DNA from: an uncultured Nitrososphaerales archaeon
GTDB taxonomy: Archaea > Thermoproteota > Nitrososphaeria > Nitrososphaerales > Nitrososphaeraceae
DNA length: 64,000 nucleotides
Direction: 5' to 3'
NCBI GenBank assembly: GCA_963695855.1
Contig: CAVOHZ010000010.1
Location: forward strand, 128,001-192,000
Below are positions 1-10,355 of the stretch, piece after piece; position 1 is the stretch's first letter; the number at the start of each line of letters is the position of its first letter. A program made the translations under genes and the position numbers. Under the pieces are notes generated by a model. That model did not search any database, was not told the DNA's origin, and saw only the letters and a program-made list of their open reading frames with translations.

Positions 1-2
1 GA

Positions 3-449
3 ACGTCTAAACTAGATGTAGCATATAATAGAGAAAAAGATGCAGATGTAAAGGAAAGAATACTGCTTATTAGACGTATATTAGAAGACAAAAAGTACAT
101 AGAAGACGTAGCAAAAGAATTGCATAGATCCAGAGCATGGGCTTACAAGTGGTACAAAAGATATAACGAAAATGGATTAGATGGATTGAAAGATAAGGAA
201 AGAAGTGGTAGACCTCCAGATGTACCAAAAGAGATAATGGTAAAGATACAAAAAGAACTAACAGATAGTAATACAGGATGGGATTTCAGACAGGTAATGG
301 ATTTAATATACAACAGAACTGGAGTCAGATATCATGAGGTACATATTTATCGTCTATTACACAAATGGGGTTTCAAATCTAAAGTACCGCAGAAAAGGTT
401 TGTAAATACTGCCTCAGCAAAGGACAAAATGAAATTCAAAAAAGAGTAA
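3..449 (+). CDS. IS630 transposase ORF A (helix-turn-helix), 5'-truncated by window edge
   Basis: Frame open from base 3; WYKRY..GLDGLKDKERSGRP and IYRLLHKWGF..KVP motifs typical of IS630 N-terminal domains. Confidence 0.85.
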   Translation, partial: TSKLDVAYNREKDADVKERILLIRRILEDKKYIEDVAKELHRSRAWAYKWYKRYNENGLDGLKDKERSGRPPDVPKEIMVKIQKELTDSNTGWDFRQVMDLIYNRTGVRYHEVHIYRLLHKWGFKSKVPQKRFVNTASAKDKMKFKKE

Positions 450-985
450 AACAGATTCTAGCCAATTTAAAATCAGATTGGACTGTACTTGTACAGGATG
501 AATCCATCTTTGTATATGATTATCTGATAAGAAGAAAGAAATGGATTTCTGCAGGAAAAAGACCGATAGTTATAGTTACTGGTTCTCGTAAGAAAACTAT
601 TGTTTTTGGCAGTCTATCTTTCGATGGTAAACAGTTAGTCAAACAATATGATAAATTTAACAGCAATACATTTGTTGATTATCTAAAACATGTACAGAAA
701 AGATTTGGTAAATACATCATATTTGTTGATAGAGCTACACCTCACTGTTCAAACATTACAAGAAGATTTCTTGATACTAATAAGGATACCATCAGACTGG
801 AATATTTTCCTGTTGGTTCTCCTGAATTTAATGCAGTAGAAGAATGCTGGAGACAAGGTAAGTATTACATTCTATCTAATTACTACTCCAATTTCAAGAA
901 TCTCAAATATACAATAACAAGGTATTATAGAACCAAAAGATTCCAACTAGACATAACAAAATATCTCTTAAGGTCTACGAACTAA
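443..985 (+). CDS. IS630 transposase ORF B (DDE domain), -1 frame relative to ORF A
   Basis: Hand translation: VLVQDESIF...IIFVDRATPH...FPVGSPEFNAVEECW; AAAAAAG slippery site at 438-444. Confidence 0.85.
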   Translation, partial: RVKQILANLKSDWTVLVQDESIFVYDYLIRRKKWISAGKRPIVIVTGSRKKTIVFGSLSFDGKQLVKQYDKFNSNTFVDYLKHVQKRFGKYIIFVDRATPHCSNITRRFLDTNKDTIRLEYFPVGSPEFNAVEECWRQGKYYILSNYYSNFKNLKYTITRYYRTKRFQLDITKYLLRSTN

Positions 986-1054
986 TGTTATTGAGTATAG
1001 TAGCAATTTTAAATTTGTAAATTATTGATTGATTTGCTTTAATGTTTTTTTGGT

Positions 1055-1948
1055 TCAGATCTCTCTTAATGAAACGTCTCCAAAAAAAACTTTATCAACA
1101 ACAATATGACCTCCTTCGTTTCTTTCTATAACTAGAGAACCATCATCATCGATTTCTTTCGCAAAACCACAATATCTGATTTCACCCTTATCATATATAC
1201 ATATCCTCTTGCCTATAGTTTCACATAGACTTTTGTACTTTTCTATCAAAATGGACATATTTGCATTATAAAGGGATTCTTGGTCTTGTTCTATAGAAAA
1301 AAGATAAAACTCTATCTTTTCCAGAATGTCTTTTAATATTTTTAATTTGTCTAATTTTTGGTTATTTAGTTCATCTTTAAGTGAGGTTACATCAAGAGTT
1401 AGATGATTATTAGTTTTTTTTGTATTTTCATGTTCATATTTTCTTCTTTTTTGTAATTCGTTCCTAGTAGCAATACTATCGGTATTGACGTTTATTCCTA
1501 TTCCAATAACTAGATAATCTATTTTGGAATCTTTAATCCCGATGTCAAGTAGTATTCCCGCTACCTTTTTTGAATTAATCAAAATATCATTAGGCCATTT
1601 GATTTTAGCGTTTAAATTTGTGAGAGCGTTTATTGTTTCACATACAGATGTTGCCGATAGCATTTGAATCAGATTGGTAATTGAGGCAGGAATATTTGGT
1701 TTTATAAGCATTATAGAAAACCATAGCCCTCCAGTATTTGACACCCATTTTCTTTCTGCTCTTCCTTTTCCTGCTGTTTGTTCATCAGAAAGAATAACGA
1801 GGCCTTTTAAATGGCTATTACCTCTTTCTTTGGAATTATTGATCAGAGATAACGCCAGATCCTGTGTTGAAGATATTTTCTTGTACCTGTGTATCTCTCT
1901 TCCAATTAATCTATTCTTATGACATAGTTCCAGAATTTCATAACTCAA
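1055..1948 (-). CDS. birA: Biotin--[acetyl-CoA-carboxylase] ligase
   Basis: QTAGKGRAERKW, KWPNDILINSKKVAGIL and GIGINV motifs; no N-terminal HTH. Confidence 0.93.
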   Translation of the reverse strand: MSYEILELCHKNRLIGREIHRYKKISSTQDLALSLINNSKERGNSHLKGLVILSDEQTAGKGRAERKWVSNTGGLWFSIMLIKPNIPASITNLIQMLSATSVCETINALTNLNAKIKWPNDILINSKKVAGILLDIGIKDSKIDYLVIGIGINVNTDSIATRNELQKRRKYEHENTKKTNNHLTLDVTSLKDELNNQKLDKLKILKDILEKIEFYLFSIEQDQESLYNANMSILIEKYKSLCETIGKRICIYDKGEIRYCGFAKEIDDDGSLVIERNEGGHIVVDKVFFGDVSLREI

Positions 1949-2024
1949 AAGTTATTGGTTTAAAACATATAGTCATATATATTTAAGATCACTTAAAAAA
2001 TAAGAAAAAAATTTCTTATTCGAT

Positions 2025-4451
2025 TTAATTCTCGTCGTCTGGAATAAATGATTGTATGGGTGGCAGCAACAAATCTCGTGGAATAAATGATTGTATGGGT
2101 GGCAGCAACAAATCTCGCAAAGATAGTATTTCTGCTTCAGAATTTTCTTGTAGTTTTTCTTCCATTCCTATTCCTTTAGCCGTCTCGTTAGGATGTAACG
2201 GTAATTTGTCTTGAATTTCTTGCGATGGTGGTTCTATAGAAGTTGGTGAAATACCAAATGTATTTTTGTATTTCCAGTCAGATGGAAAAACTCCAAAATT
2301 TCTCAGGTTGTCTATCTCTTCCTTTAACAGAGCCCTACCCCATACTCCAACCTCATCTATTTGACCAACAAAGAAGTCAGATGATGATCTTGAATTTGCT
2401 CCGATTCTGAGTGGCTGGTTTCCCGTATTGTCAGGTGTTGATGTAGATGCCAAACTTGAAACCTGTACACCATCGATGTAGAGTTTTAGAACAGAACCAT
2501 CAAAAGTTACAACTCCATGATGCCACTGGTTATCATTAAATGTAGTTGGAGAGGTAACAAATTTGTTAGACCCACTTGTTGTTTCATATCCCCCAGTTGC
2601 GTTCTCTCTAGAGTTGAACCATAGTCCATAATTCTGGTTCTGGCCCGAACTGTCAGATCCTGAACCGCCTTTATTTACAATAAAGCCATCGTCTCCAAAA
2701 GTACTCGATGTCTTGAACCATGCTGCAACACTAAATTTCGTCAGTTTAAGTGCTGTCGAGCTGGGTTCATCTATGAAGTTTGAACCCGTTGCTGTAAAAA
2801 AGGGTTGGTAATGGTATCCAATTACCTGACAGTTCGGATCTGCTGCATCTTTAAATCCATCACGATCATCATCCAGTCCATTATTGCATATCTCTGGTAC
2901 CGCTGGACAGCTATTCACATCTTCTGCATCTTTAAATCCATCACGATCATCATCCAGTCCATTATTGCATATCTCTGGTACCGCTGGACAGCTATTCACA
3001 TCTTCTGCATCTTTAAATCCATCACGATCATCATCCAGTCCATTATTGCATATCTCTGGTACCGCTGGACAGCTATTCACATCTTCTGCATCTTTAAATC
3101 CATCACGATCATCATCCAGTCCATTATTGCATATCTCTGGTACCGCTGGACAGCTATTCACATCTTCTGCATCTTTAAATCCATCACGATCATCATCCAG
3201 TCCATTATTGCATATCTCTGGTACCGCTGGACAGCTATTCACATCTTCTGCATCTTTAAATCCATCACGATCATCATCCAGTACATTATTGCATATCTCT
3301 GGTACCGCTGGACAGCTATTCACATCTTCTGCATCTTTAAATCCATCACGATCATCATCCAGTCTATTATTGCATATCTCTGGTACCGCTGGACAGCTAT
3401 TCACATCTTCTGCATCTATCTTTCCGTCACCGTCATCATCCACGCCATTGTTACATATCTCTGTGGTGGGTACTGCAGTTTTTGTGATTGTGAATTGATC
3501 CATAACTGAATTATCGTTAGCTATGAATTTTCCAGTAAGGGTTTTGCCATTATTGGTTATCGCTACATTCAGATGCCCGAATTTGTCATCCTGTTGTGAC
3601 TTTATGAAGGATTTTGGTGATGACAGCTCATGAAAATTTATTCCACCAGTCCCTACAATCACATGAATCTCTCCTGGCGGATCGGTATACGTATTAGGAT
3701 TATTGTTGGTTACTATTGGATTAGATTTGCTATTTGGATTAAATTTGATTGGAAATGAACGCTGATAATCATGAACATGGCCTTCAAGAACTAGATCAAC
3801 ACCCTTGTCGTCAAAGAGAGCATGATATGTATCTCTTAAACTACTTAGACCTGAACAACCAGATGAAGAACAACTATTTGATGATGAATACATAGGTTTG
3901 TGGAAAAATACTACTATCCAATCTATGTCAGGATCAGAAGATGCATCAGCGAGGTCATTCGTGACAAATATATGTTGAGCAGAACCTGAGGAATAAGAAA
4001 TTTCTGTGGCCATGACGAGGAAATGAACATTTTGAAATTTGAAAGAATAATATTGATTTGTGAGCCCTCCAAAATGACTAAGATATGTGTTCAAATCTTC
4101 ATCTCCGGAATTTTCATGGTTTCCAATTGCGATGGCCATATTTTCATCGATGGGGTTTACCCTAGATATAAAACAGTTTGCACTGGACTGATATGAATAA
4201 TCCCCGAGTCCCAAGGTAAAATCAGATTCCTGATTTACAATTGAATTTACGGTTGCAACTGTATTTGAGTTACAACCCCAATCTCCAGCAGCAGCGAAGT
4301 TAAAATCTGGAATAGATGGTTGTGCTGCAGCACCGAGTAAGTACATAGAACCGTGAGATGCTCCGCCTAGACCAACAGAAATTGTAGAAGATATCAACAT
4401 GCCGAAAATTATCGAAATTAGATTTATAGAAATCCCATTATTTGTAGTCAT
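2025..4451 (-). CDS. Secreted metallophosphoesterase (purple acid phosphatase-like) with Cys/Asp repeats and C-terminal LamG domain
   Basis: GDWG, LGDYSY, GNHE and GHVHDYQR motifs; hydrophobic N-terminus; LamG-like WHHGVVTFDG..LYIDG..GQIDEVGVW. Confidence 0.85.
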   Translation of the reverse strand: MTTNNGISINLISIIFGMLISSTISVGLGGASHGSMYLLGAAAQPSIPDFNFAAAGDWGCNSNTVATVNSIVNQESDFTLGLGDYSYQSSANCFISRVNPIDENMAIAIGNHENSGDEDLNTYLSHFGGLTNQYYSFKFQNVHFLVMATEISYSSGSAQHIFVTNDLADASSDPDIDWIVVFFHKPMYSSSNSCSSSGCSGLSSLRDTYHALFDDKGVDLVLEGHVHDYQRSFPIKFNPNSKSNPIVTNNNPNTYTDPPGEIHVIVGTGGINFHELSSPKSFIKSQQDDKFGHLNVAITNNGKTLTGKFIANDNSVMDQFTITKTAVPTTEICNNGVDDDGDGKIDAEDVNSCPAVPEICNNRLDDDRDGFKDAEDVNSCPAVPEICNNVLDDDRDGFKDAEDVNSCPAVPEICNNGLDDDRDGFKDAEDVNSCPAVPEICNNGLDDDRDGFKDAEDVNSCPAVPEICNNGLDDDRDGFKDAEDVNSCPAVPEICNNGLDDDRDGFKDAEDVNSCPAVPEICNNGLDDDRDGFKDAADPNCQVIGYHYQPFFTATGSNFIDEPSSTALKLTKFSVAAWFKTSSTFGDDGFIVNKGGSGSDSSGQNQNYGLWFNSRENATGGYETTSGSNKFVTSPTTFNDNQWHHGVVTFDGSVLKLYIDGVQVSSLASTSTPDNTGNQPLRIGANSRSSSDFFVGQIDEVGVWGRALLKEEIDNLRNFGVFPSDWKYKNTFGISPTSIEPPSQEIQDKLPLHPNETAKGIGMEEKLQENSEAEILSLRDLLLPPIQSFIPRDLLLPPIQSFIPDDEN
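2040..2117. repeat. 39-bp tandem duplication at the C-terminus (RDLLLPPIQSFIP x2)
   Basis: Visible in both DNA and protein. Confidence 0.85.
2827..3461. repeat. 81-bp coding tandem repeat, 8 units (EICNNGLDDDRDGFKDAEDVNSCPAVP)
   Basis: TTATTGCATATCTC recurs at 2881, 2962, 3043, 3124, 3205, 3286, 3367, with a variant at 3448. Confidence 0.95.
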
Positions 4452-4699
4452 GAAGATAAAAATGATATATTCCTTATATCAGAATGCAAGGATTTCTAGC
4501 TAAGAATTAATTATGTTCAAGCTAATGAAAGATATACTACAATAGAATTAGATAACTAAATGAGTATTAAATATGTTATTTAAATTATATGCGATTTAAA
4601 AAAATAAATCGTTCTATTATAGTAAACCAGTTTTTATAGCCTTCATACCAATTTGATACGACCTTAAAAAAATATATTAGCCGTTATTATGTTCCAAGA

Positions 4700-5095
4700 T
4701 TAATATCTACATGGAAGGCTAATACTAGTTTGGAAGCTCTGTCCATTTCTATCCAATTTGCTATCATTATTACTATCATCAAAAAAATTCAAGTTATATC
4801 TTCCCGGAAGTAAATCATCAGCATAAGTTACCTCGTTAAATCCTCCTGTACTATTTGTCATGAAATAGCCGGTCAATACAGGTTTTAGATCTGCATTTAC
4901 GAATTCCCAAGATACGTTAACACCAGGAGAAAAACCATTAGCATTAAATACGACATTAAATCCCTCAGTAGGTCCACATGGCGGAGAAACTAGGACATAA
5001 GGTGTAGCAAACACACTACTAAGAAAACCTGAATTCATTGCTATGACCAATGTTGAAAATATTATGGTATTTTTCATTATATTCTGGTAATTCAC
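4700..5095 (-). CDS. Secreted hypothetical protein
   Basis: 131-aa ORF with signal-peptide-like N-terminus ending VFA. Confidence 0.65.
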   Translation of the reverse strand: MNYQNIMKNTIIFSTLVIAMNSGFLSSVFATPYVLVSPPCGPTEGFNVVFNANGFSPGVNVSWEFVNADLKPVLTGYFMTNSTGGFNEVTYADDLLPGRYNLNFFDDSNNDSKLDRNGQSFQTSISLPCRY

Positions 5096-5350
5096 ATCAA
5101 AAATACTGCATGCTATTTTATATAGTTATTTGAAATTTCTACTATGACATCTTTTTTAAAATTTTATAGTTGTGATTCCATGAAATGATATGATCAAAGA
5201 TGAAAAATGAAATGGTTCTAAGGATATTCTTTAATTAGGAAGGAAGCGAAAACCAGTATAAAATTTTTACTATATGATAGAACTACCATTGATGGTTTGA
5301 CCAGACCAGAATTATTAGTTTAAAATAATAGTATATTATTTTCTAATATT

Positions 5351-5552
5351 TAGTAATATAATTTATTTATATTTAGTAATATAATTTATTTATATTTAGT
5401 AATATAATTTATTTATATTTAGTAATATAATTTATTTATATTTAGTAATATAATTTATTTATATTTAGTAATATAATTTATTTATATTTAGTAATATAAT
5501 TTATTTATATTTAGTAATATAATTTATTTATATTTAGTAATATAATTTATTT
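5351..5552. repeat. Perfect 23-bp intergenic tandem repeat (TAGTAATATAATTTATTTATATT), about 8.8 copies
   Basis: Read directly; no spacers. Confidence 0.95.
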
Positions 5553-5838
5553 CAGTCTAACAATAATTAAAAATCCTCTATACGAAAAGACCTTCAACTA
5601 TATAAAATATATTGATGAATATAAGTCTAATTTCGTGAGATCATACAAATATGATCTATTGTTTTTTTCACCAGAAATAATAGCCATAAAAATACTTATT
5701 ATTTTTTATAATGAAAATATACACTTGAAAGCTCGTTATTTTCGTTCACTTATATTTTAGTATACATAATAGTACTAGAACGACATTTTCCAAAATGTCT
5801 GCAGATTCAGAACAATAGAAGCGTATGGTTCTATACAC

Positions 5839-6457
5839 ATGACGTGCAAATATCTTGCCAATAGAAAAATTAACCAGAAGGCTTCTGTTTATTTAATCTT
5901 AAGTTTAATTGTTGTATTAACTTTTGCCTTTGACAATGATGCTTTTGCTGTTGTTTATCACTACTCACCATCCTTTATCGCAGATGGTAAAACTGTATTA
6001 GATGTTACAAATACTCAAGATCTCCGACTAACATCTTTTACTGTTTCTACTTGGTTCAAGACAACAGCCAATTTTCCTAGTGAGGGAGTTATGGTAAACA
6101 AGGGCGGTCTTGGGTCTGAAAGTGCAGGTGGAAATCAGAACTATGGAATATGGTTCACCTCTTCTGAAAGATTGCAGGGAGGCTTTGAGACTACTGGTGA
6201 TTCAAACAAGTACATCTCGTCCCCGAACACCTACAATGATGGTCAATGGCACCACGGTGTAGTAACATTTGATGATGCAGGTAATATTGTTAGACTATTT
6301 GTTTGATGATGGTGTACAGATAGGAACACTATCTACCAGTTCCACTCCAGATAACACTGCAAGCCAGCTTCTGAGGATAGCAGGTAATGCCCAGTATCTG
6401 TTAGAAGACTTTTTTGTAGGTGAGCTAGATGAGATTGGTGTCTGGAACACGTGGTAA
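5839..6457 (+). pseudogene. Secreted LamG-domain protein, frameshifted near 6300
   Basis: ORFs 5839-6306 and 6269-6457 together match the LamG domain of the S8 protease at 10356-12449 (NIVRLFV|DG.QIGTLSTS.. PDN). Confidence 0.8.
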
Positions 6458-6559
6458 TTGAATCGATTTAATGTGAGAAAATAAATAACTTTTTTGCCCT
6501 CTGATAACACTTAAATAATAAAAAGAAAAGAATGGAAAGAAAGGAGATTTGATATTGGT

Positions 6560-8155
6560 GTGGATTATGGTTCATCTTCATCGTACTTATCGTTATCAGA
6601 CTTTTCCATCAAAAATCTTAAAGACATGAGAGAATTTAATTTACAAGTTATTGATTCTTCTAAAAATCAATTTGATATTTTTTCTAAAATTTATAATATT
6701 TACGACTCTTTATTTATTTTTGAATCTCTCACTGGACCAAGGGAACTGGCAGAAACATCCATTATTGGTTTCGACCCCTCATTCCTAATACAATGCAATA
6801 CACAGAATTTTATGATTGTAGACAACAGGAAACGGAAAATCATTAAAAAAATAAAGGTGACTGAACCACTAGAACAATTACGATCAATAATTCCAAAAAT
6901 TACAAGATCGCAAAAAAGTGAAAAAATAAAGAACTACAGGTATATGGGTGGAGCAGTGGGTTACGTCAGCTACGATGCTATTAGATTTTGGGAAAAATTG
7001 CCCAAACCCAAGAAAAAGATCTTGAATTTTCCTCTACTTGAATTTGGAATTTTTCCAGATGGAATATTATATGATCATTTAGAAAAACAGGCATATTACT
7101 TTTCCGCAGGAGATCAAAGACAATCAAGAATAGATGAGATTAATAAAATTATCAGTGATAAAAATATTGATAAATATAAAGAAGACAAGGATATCGAAGA
7201 TTCTGAACAATTTGTAAAATGCTCGATCCCAAAAAGAAATATTTCAAAAAGAGAATTCGTCAGAATGGTCAAAAAGGCCCAACGATATATCTATGATGGA
7301 GATATTTTTCAGGTCGTTTTATCAAAGAATTTTAAATTTGAGATAGAAGGAAATCTATTGAACGTATATTCAAGGTTAAGGGATCTAAATCCTTCTCCTT
7401 ATATGTATCTATTTAAGATTGACAAAAGATGTATAATAGGCTCCAGTCCGGAAATGCTTTTAAGAGTTACCGGTGATATCATAGAGACTTTTCCGATAGC
7501 AGGTACTAGACCAGTGATAAAAGATGACGAAGTTGCCAACAAGAAAATGGCTGAAGATCTTTTGAAGGATGAGAAAGAGCTAGCGGAACACACGATGCTG
7601 GTAGATCTTGCGAGAAATGATGTTGGAAGGGTTTCGACTTTTGGTACTGTAAAGGTAAAATCATTAATGCATATAAAAAAATTCAGCCACGTACAACATA
7701 TTGTATCACATGTAACGGGGAAATTAGACAAAAAATATGATGTCTTTGATGCATTAAAAGCAGTTTTTCCAGCGGGAACGGTTTCAGGAGCCCCCAAAAT
7801 TCGTGCAATGGAGATCATCAATGAATTAGAGCCAGAAAGAAGAGAACCTTATGCAGGTGCACTAGGATATTTCTCATTCAATGGTTCATGTGATTTTGCA
7901 ATTACGATAAGGAGCATATTTGTAAATAGGAACAAGGGCTACGTTCAGTCCGGCGCAGGAATCGTCATGGATTCTATACCAGAAAATGAATGGGATGAAA
8001 CAGAGAGAAAAGCAGATGCAATGATCTCTGTTTTGAGGAGTATAAATTATCAAAAGAAATACATACCACACAAAACACACAGAAGAGACGAAATTCAACA
8101 AGAAGGATCAGGCAGCAAAAAGATTGGTTATGGCGAGAATCAATTTGCGGCATAA
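6560..8155 (+). CDS. trpE: Anthranilate synthase component I family protein (TrpE/PabB)
   Basis: GDIFQVVLS, NPSPYMY, GSSPEML, PIAGTRP, EHTMLVDLARND and PAGTVSGAPKIRAM motifs. Confidence 0.88.
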   Translation: MDYGSSSSYLSLSDFSIKNLKDMREFNLQVIDSSKNQFDIFSKIYNIYDSLFIFESLTGPRELAETSIIGFDPSFLIQCNTQNFMIVDNRKRKIIKKIKVTEPLEQLRSIIPKITRSQKSEKIKNYRYMGGAVGYVSYDAIRFWEKLPKPKKKILNFPLLEFGIFPDGILYDHLEKQAYYFSAGDQRQSRIDEINKIISDKNIDKYKEDKDIEDSEQFVKCSIPKRNISKREFVRMVKKAQRYIYDGDIFQVVLSKNFKFEIEGNLLNVYSRLRDLNPSPYMYLFKIDKRCIIGSSPEMLLRVTGDIIETFPIAGTRPVIKDDEVANKKMAEDLLKDEKELAEHTMLVDLARNDVGRVSTFGTVKVKSLMHIKKFSHVQHIVSHVTGKLDKKYDVFDALKAVFPAGTVSGAPKIRAMEIINELEPERREPYAGALGYFSFNGSCDFAITIRSIFVNRNKGYVQSGAGIVMDSIPENEWDETERKADAMISVLRSINYQKKYIPHKTHRRDEIQQEGSGSKKIGYGENQFAA

Positions 8156-8527
8156 CATATTCGTGAAGTTATTTGAAGTCTCAAAATTATTTACAGGATA
8201 TGAAAAGAAGGATTAGAACTATCTTGGTCTTGTACTGTTAGTAAACAGTATAAAGTAAACAGTATAATTGTTTACATGAAGTTAATTTTGGGATAAGCTC
8301 GAATTATTTTGTGTATTATTTAGTTTATGTTGTAATTGAGTCACATCACTTCACCTGTTTACACCCAAGCTACAAATGCTAGATAATTTCATTCCATTAG
8401 TATAATTTGTTTGAATATCCTTGGCTGGTTTGACATTTGACTTGTGGACTTGTAACATAAATATTATTTCATCTTTCATCTAAAAGATATTGTAAGACAA
8501 TGACTGGGTTATAGTATTGAAAAAATA

Positions 8528-8633
8528 TTTCAATTAGTTTTCATATCCATTTCAAATGTATTTCAAAACGCTTTCAAATGATTATTTTTTAGCTTTCATA
8601 TAATTTTCAAATTTCTTTCAAATGCTTTTCAAA
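8528..8633. repeat. Phased array of TTTCAWW motifs with 11-bp period
   Basis: TTTCA begins at 8528, 8539, 8550, 8561, 8572, 8594, 8605, 8616 and 8627. Confidence 0.85.
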
Positions 8634-8999
8634 CACCCTATTTTGTGCTCATATAGGTGTATCACTATGCCAGTATCAGAACAAATTGATTTAAGCTAAC
8701 TATAATTTTTTTAAATTACTAGATTAAATTGACTAATATGAACAAAATTAATACCCCCTTTCCCATTAGAAATTTGTATGGATATATAATAATTTTTATG
8801 TTACATTCTGAAAAAAGTCATTGATATGTTTATTGGAATAATTTATCTAAAAAATATTAAAATTTAATGCAAATCATTTTGAATATCAGAATAAAACAGC
8901 TTCTAAAATTAAATTTATTTGGATAGTAAATGTTTTAAATAAATTCTTCTTCTTTTTTCAAGTGAGACGTGTTCCGGATTCAATAATATCAGACATTAT

Positions 9000-9701
9000 T
9001 ACAAAATATTTAGAAGGACCTTCGACTGCTGAAATCAGCAAATTGTTGGGTGTGAGTGTCGGAACTGTATCTGCAGTTACAACTGAGGCAGCGAAACAAG
9101 ACGAATATTTTAAATATAGCTAGAGATAGCAAAAAAGTTTTATACCAAGAAATTAATATTTTCTGATGTAATTTCGGGAATACGACTTTACCACAAGATA
9201 AAAGACGTTGATTTAAGTTGCTCATTCTTTGAGGATTTTTTAGAATCTACAAACTTAGAAAGTTATAGATTAGAAATTGAACAAGATAAATTTCTAACCA
9301 AAATAACTAAAATCTTACAATTTGAAAAACAATACAAGATAAATCTGGTAGATATTCCAGATCATATTAGAAATAGAAAGGAAGAGATTTATAGGATCAA
9401 TGCTGAAATTTCTCGCATTGATCAATCCCTTCATTCCAGATATTCTGTCAAGGAAGCAGAAATGCAAGAGTATAAAAGAGAAAAACCAGGTTTATCAAGA
9501 GCACGATATTTTCCTAGTATAGCTCTTCCAACCCATATGGATTGGTTGATTATTACTGATTATTTATTTAAGAAAGCCAGTAGAAAGAGCAAAATCAAAA
9601 TTGAACCAAATATTTTGTATAAAAAACTGAACCATATCTATAAAAATCCTGATAAACATATAGATATTATTAAACAAATTTTGGAGGTTCCAACTGATTA
9701 G
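9000..9701 (+). pseudogene. Degraded HTH/coiled-coil protein gene
   Basis: EISKLLGVSVGTVSAV HTH-like fragment near 9031, followed by broken frames ending in ORF 9462-9701. Confidence 0.5.
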
Positions 9702-9996
9702 CAAAGAATATCATTATGTGGTTTTTCTGATGTTGTTAGGTTAAAAGACATGCAAACAAAAACATAATTTCATTAAGCTATTTCTAGTTATAATTCTGTG
9801 AGATTTGTTGTACTTCAAATAATCACACTGTATTTCCAATATCAGATTGATTTCTGAATGTGGAGTTGTTGATCGCTTTTCTCTGTAGCCAGATCCACGT
9901 TACATCTATTATACCAAAAAAGATAAGATTAGATCACTTGCGCAATTGCACCGAGTCTATATCTCATTCTTCAAATCCATAATCCAGTCACTTTAG

Positions 9997-10185
9997 GCTA
10001 GACATTATTCACTATCCTGTAGTTCACAAGACAGGATAGAATGTCTAAAATATAGACATGTGCTTTCTGTCTGTATGTTGTTGTATTTTGATTTTGTGGC
10101 CATAATACCGATCTTGATTATATACATGGTATGCTCAAGTATCACTAGCTGACAGAACGATTATTTTTGTTATACTCTTTTTCTA
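9997..10185 (-). pseudogene. Transposase C-terminal remnant (IS5-family-like)
   Basis: Fragments EYNKN / VILEHT / LDILSCLVNYRIVN in shifted frames resemble, from memory, the C-terminus of archaeal IS5-type transposases. Confidence 0.45.
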
Positions 10186-10355
10186 TTAGATTCCACGAAA
10201 ATCATTGATATGTTTATAATAAAAATTGAATGGGTTGTGAATACAAATTCTGTAAAGATAAACACAGATGTTGTTACTATCCGTTATTTTATTTCTATTT
10301 TTTTTCCTTGTCCTTTGAACTGACAAGATTATTTCGCTTCGACATACAATTCAAT

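Larger units (their letters stand above)
1..1000 (+). mobile_element. IS630-family insertion sequence (left part outside window)
   Basis: Two-ORF HTH + DDE transposase; probable right end ...GTTATTGAGTATAG followed by TA (1001-1002), the IS630 target dinucleotide. Confidence 0.85.

Noticed and set aside
2827-3461. 81-bp repeat as a CRISPR array
   Set aside because: Units are contiguous with no unique spacers, lie in-frame within a protein, and no cas genes are present.
2805-3509. Plus-strand ORFs 2805-3509 and 2884-3498
   Set aside because: Antisense shadows of the coding repeat.
5351-5552. 23-bp repeat as a CRISPR array
   Set aside because: Head-to-tail identical units without spacers.
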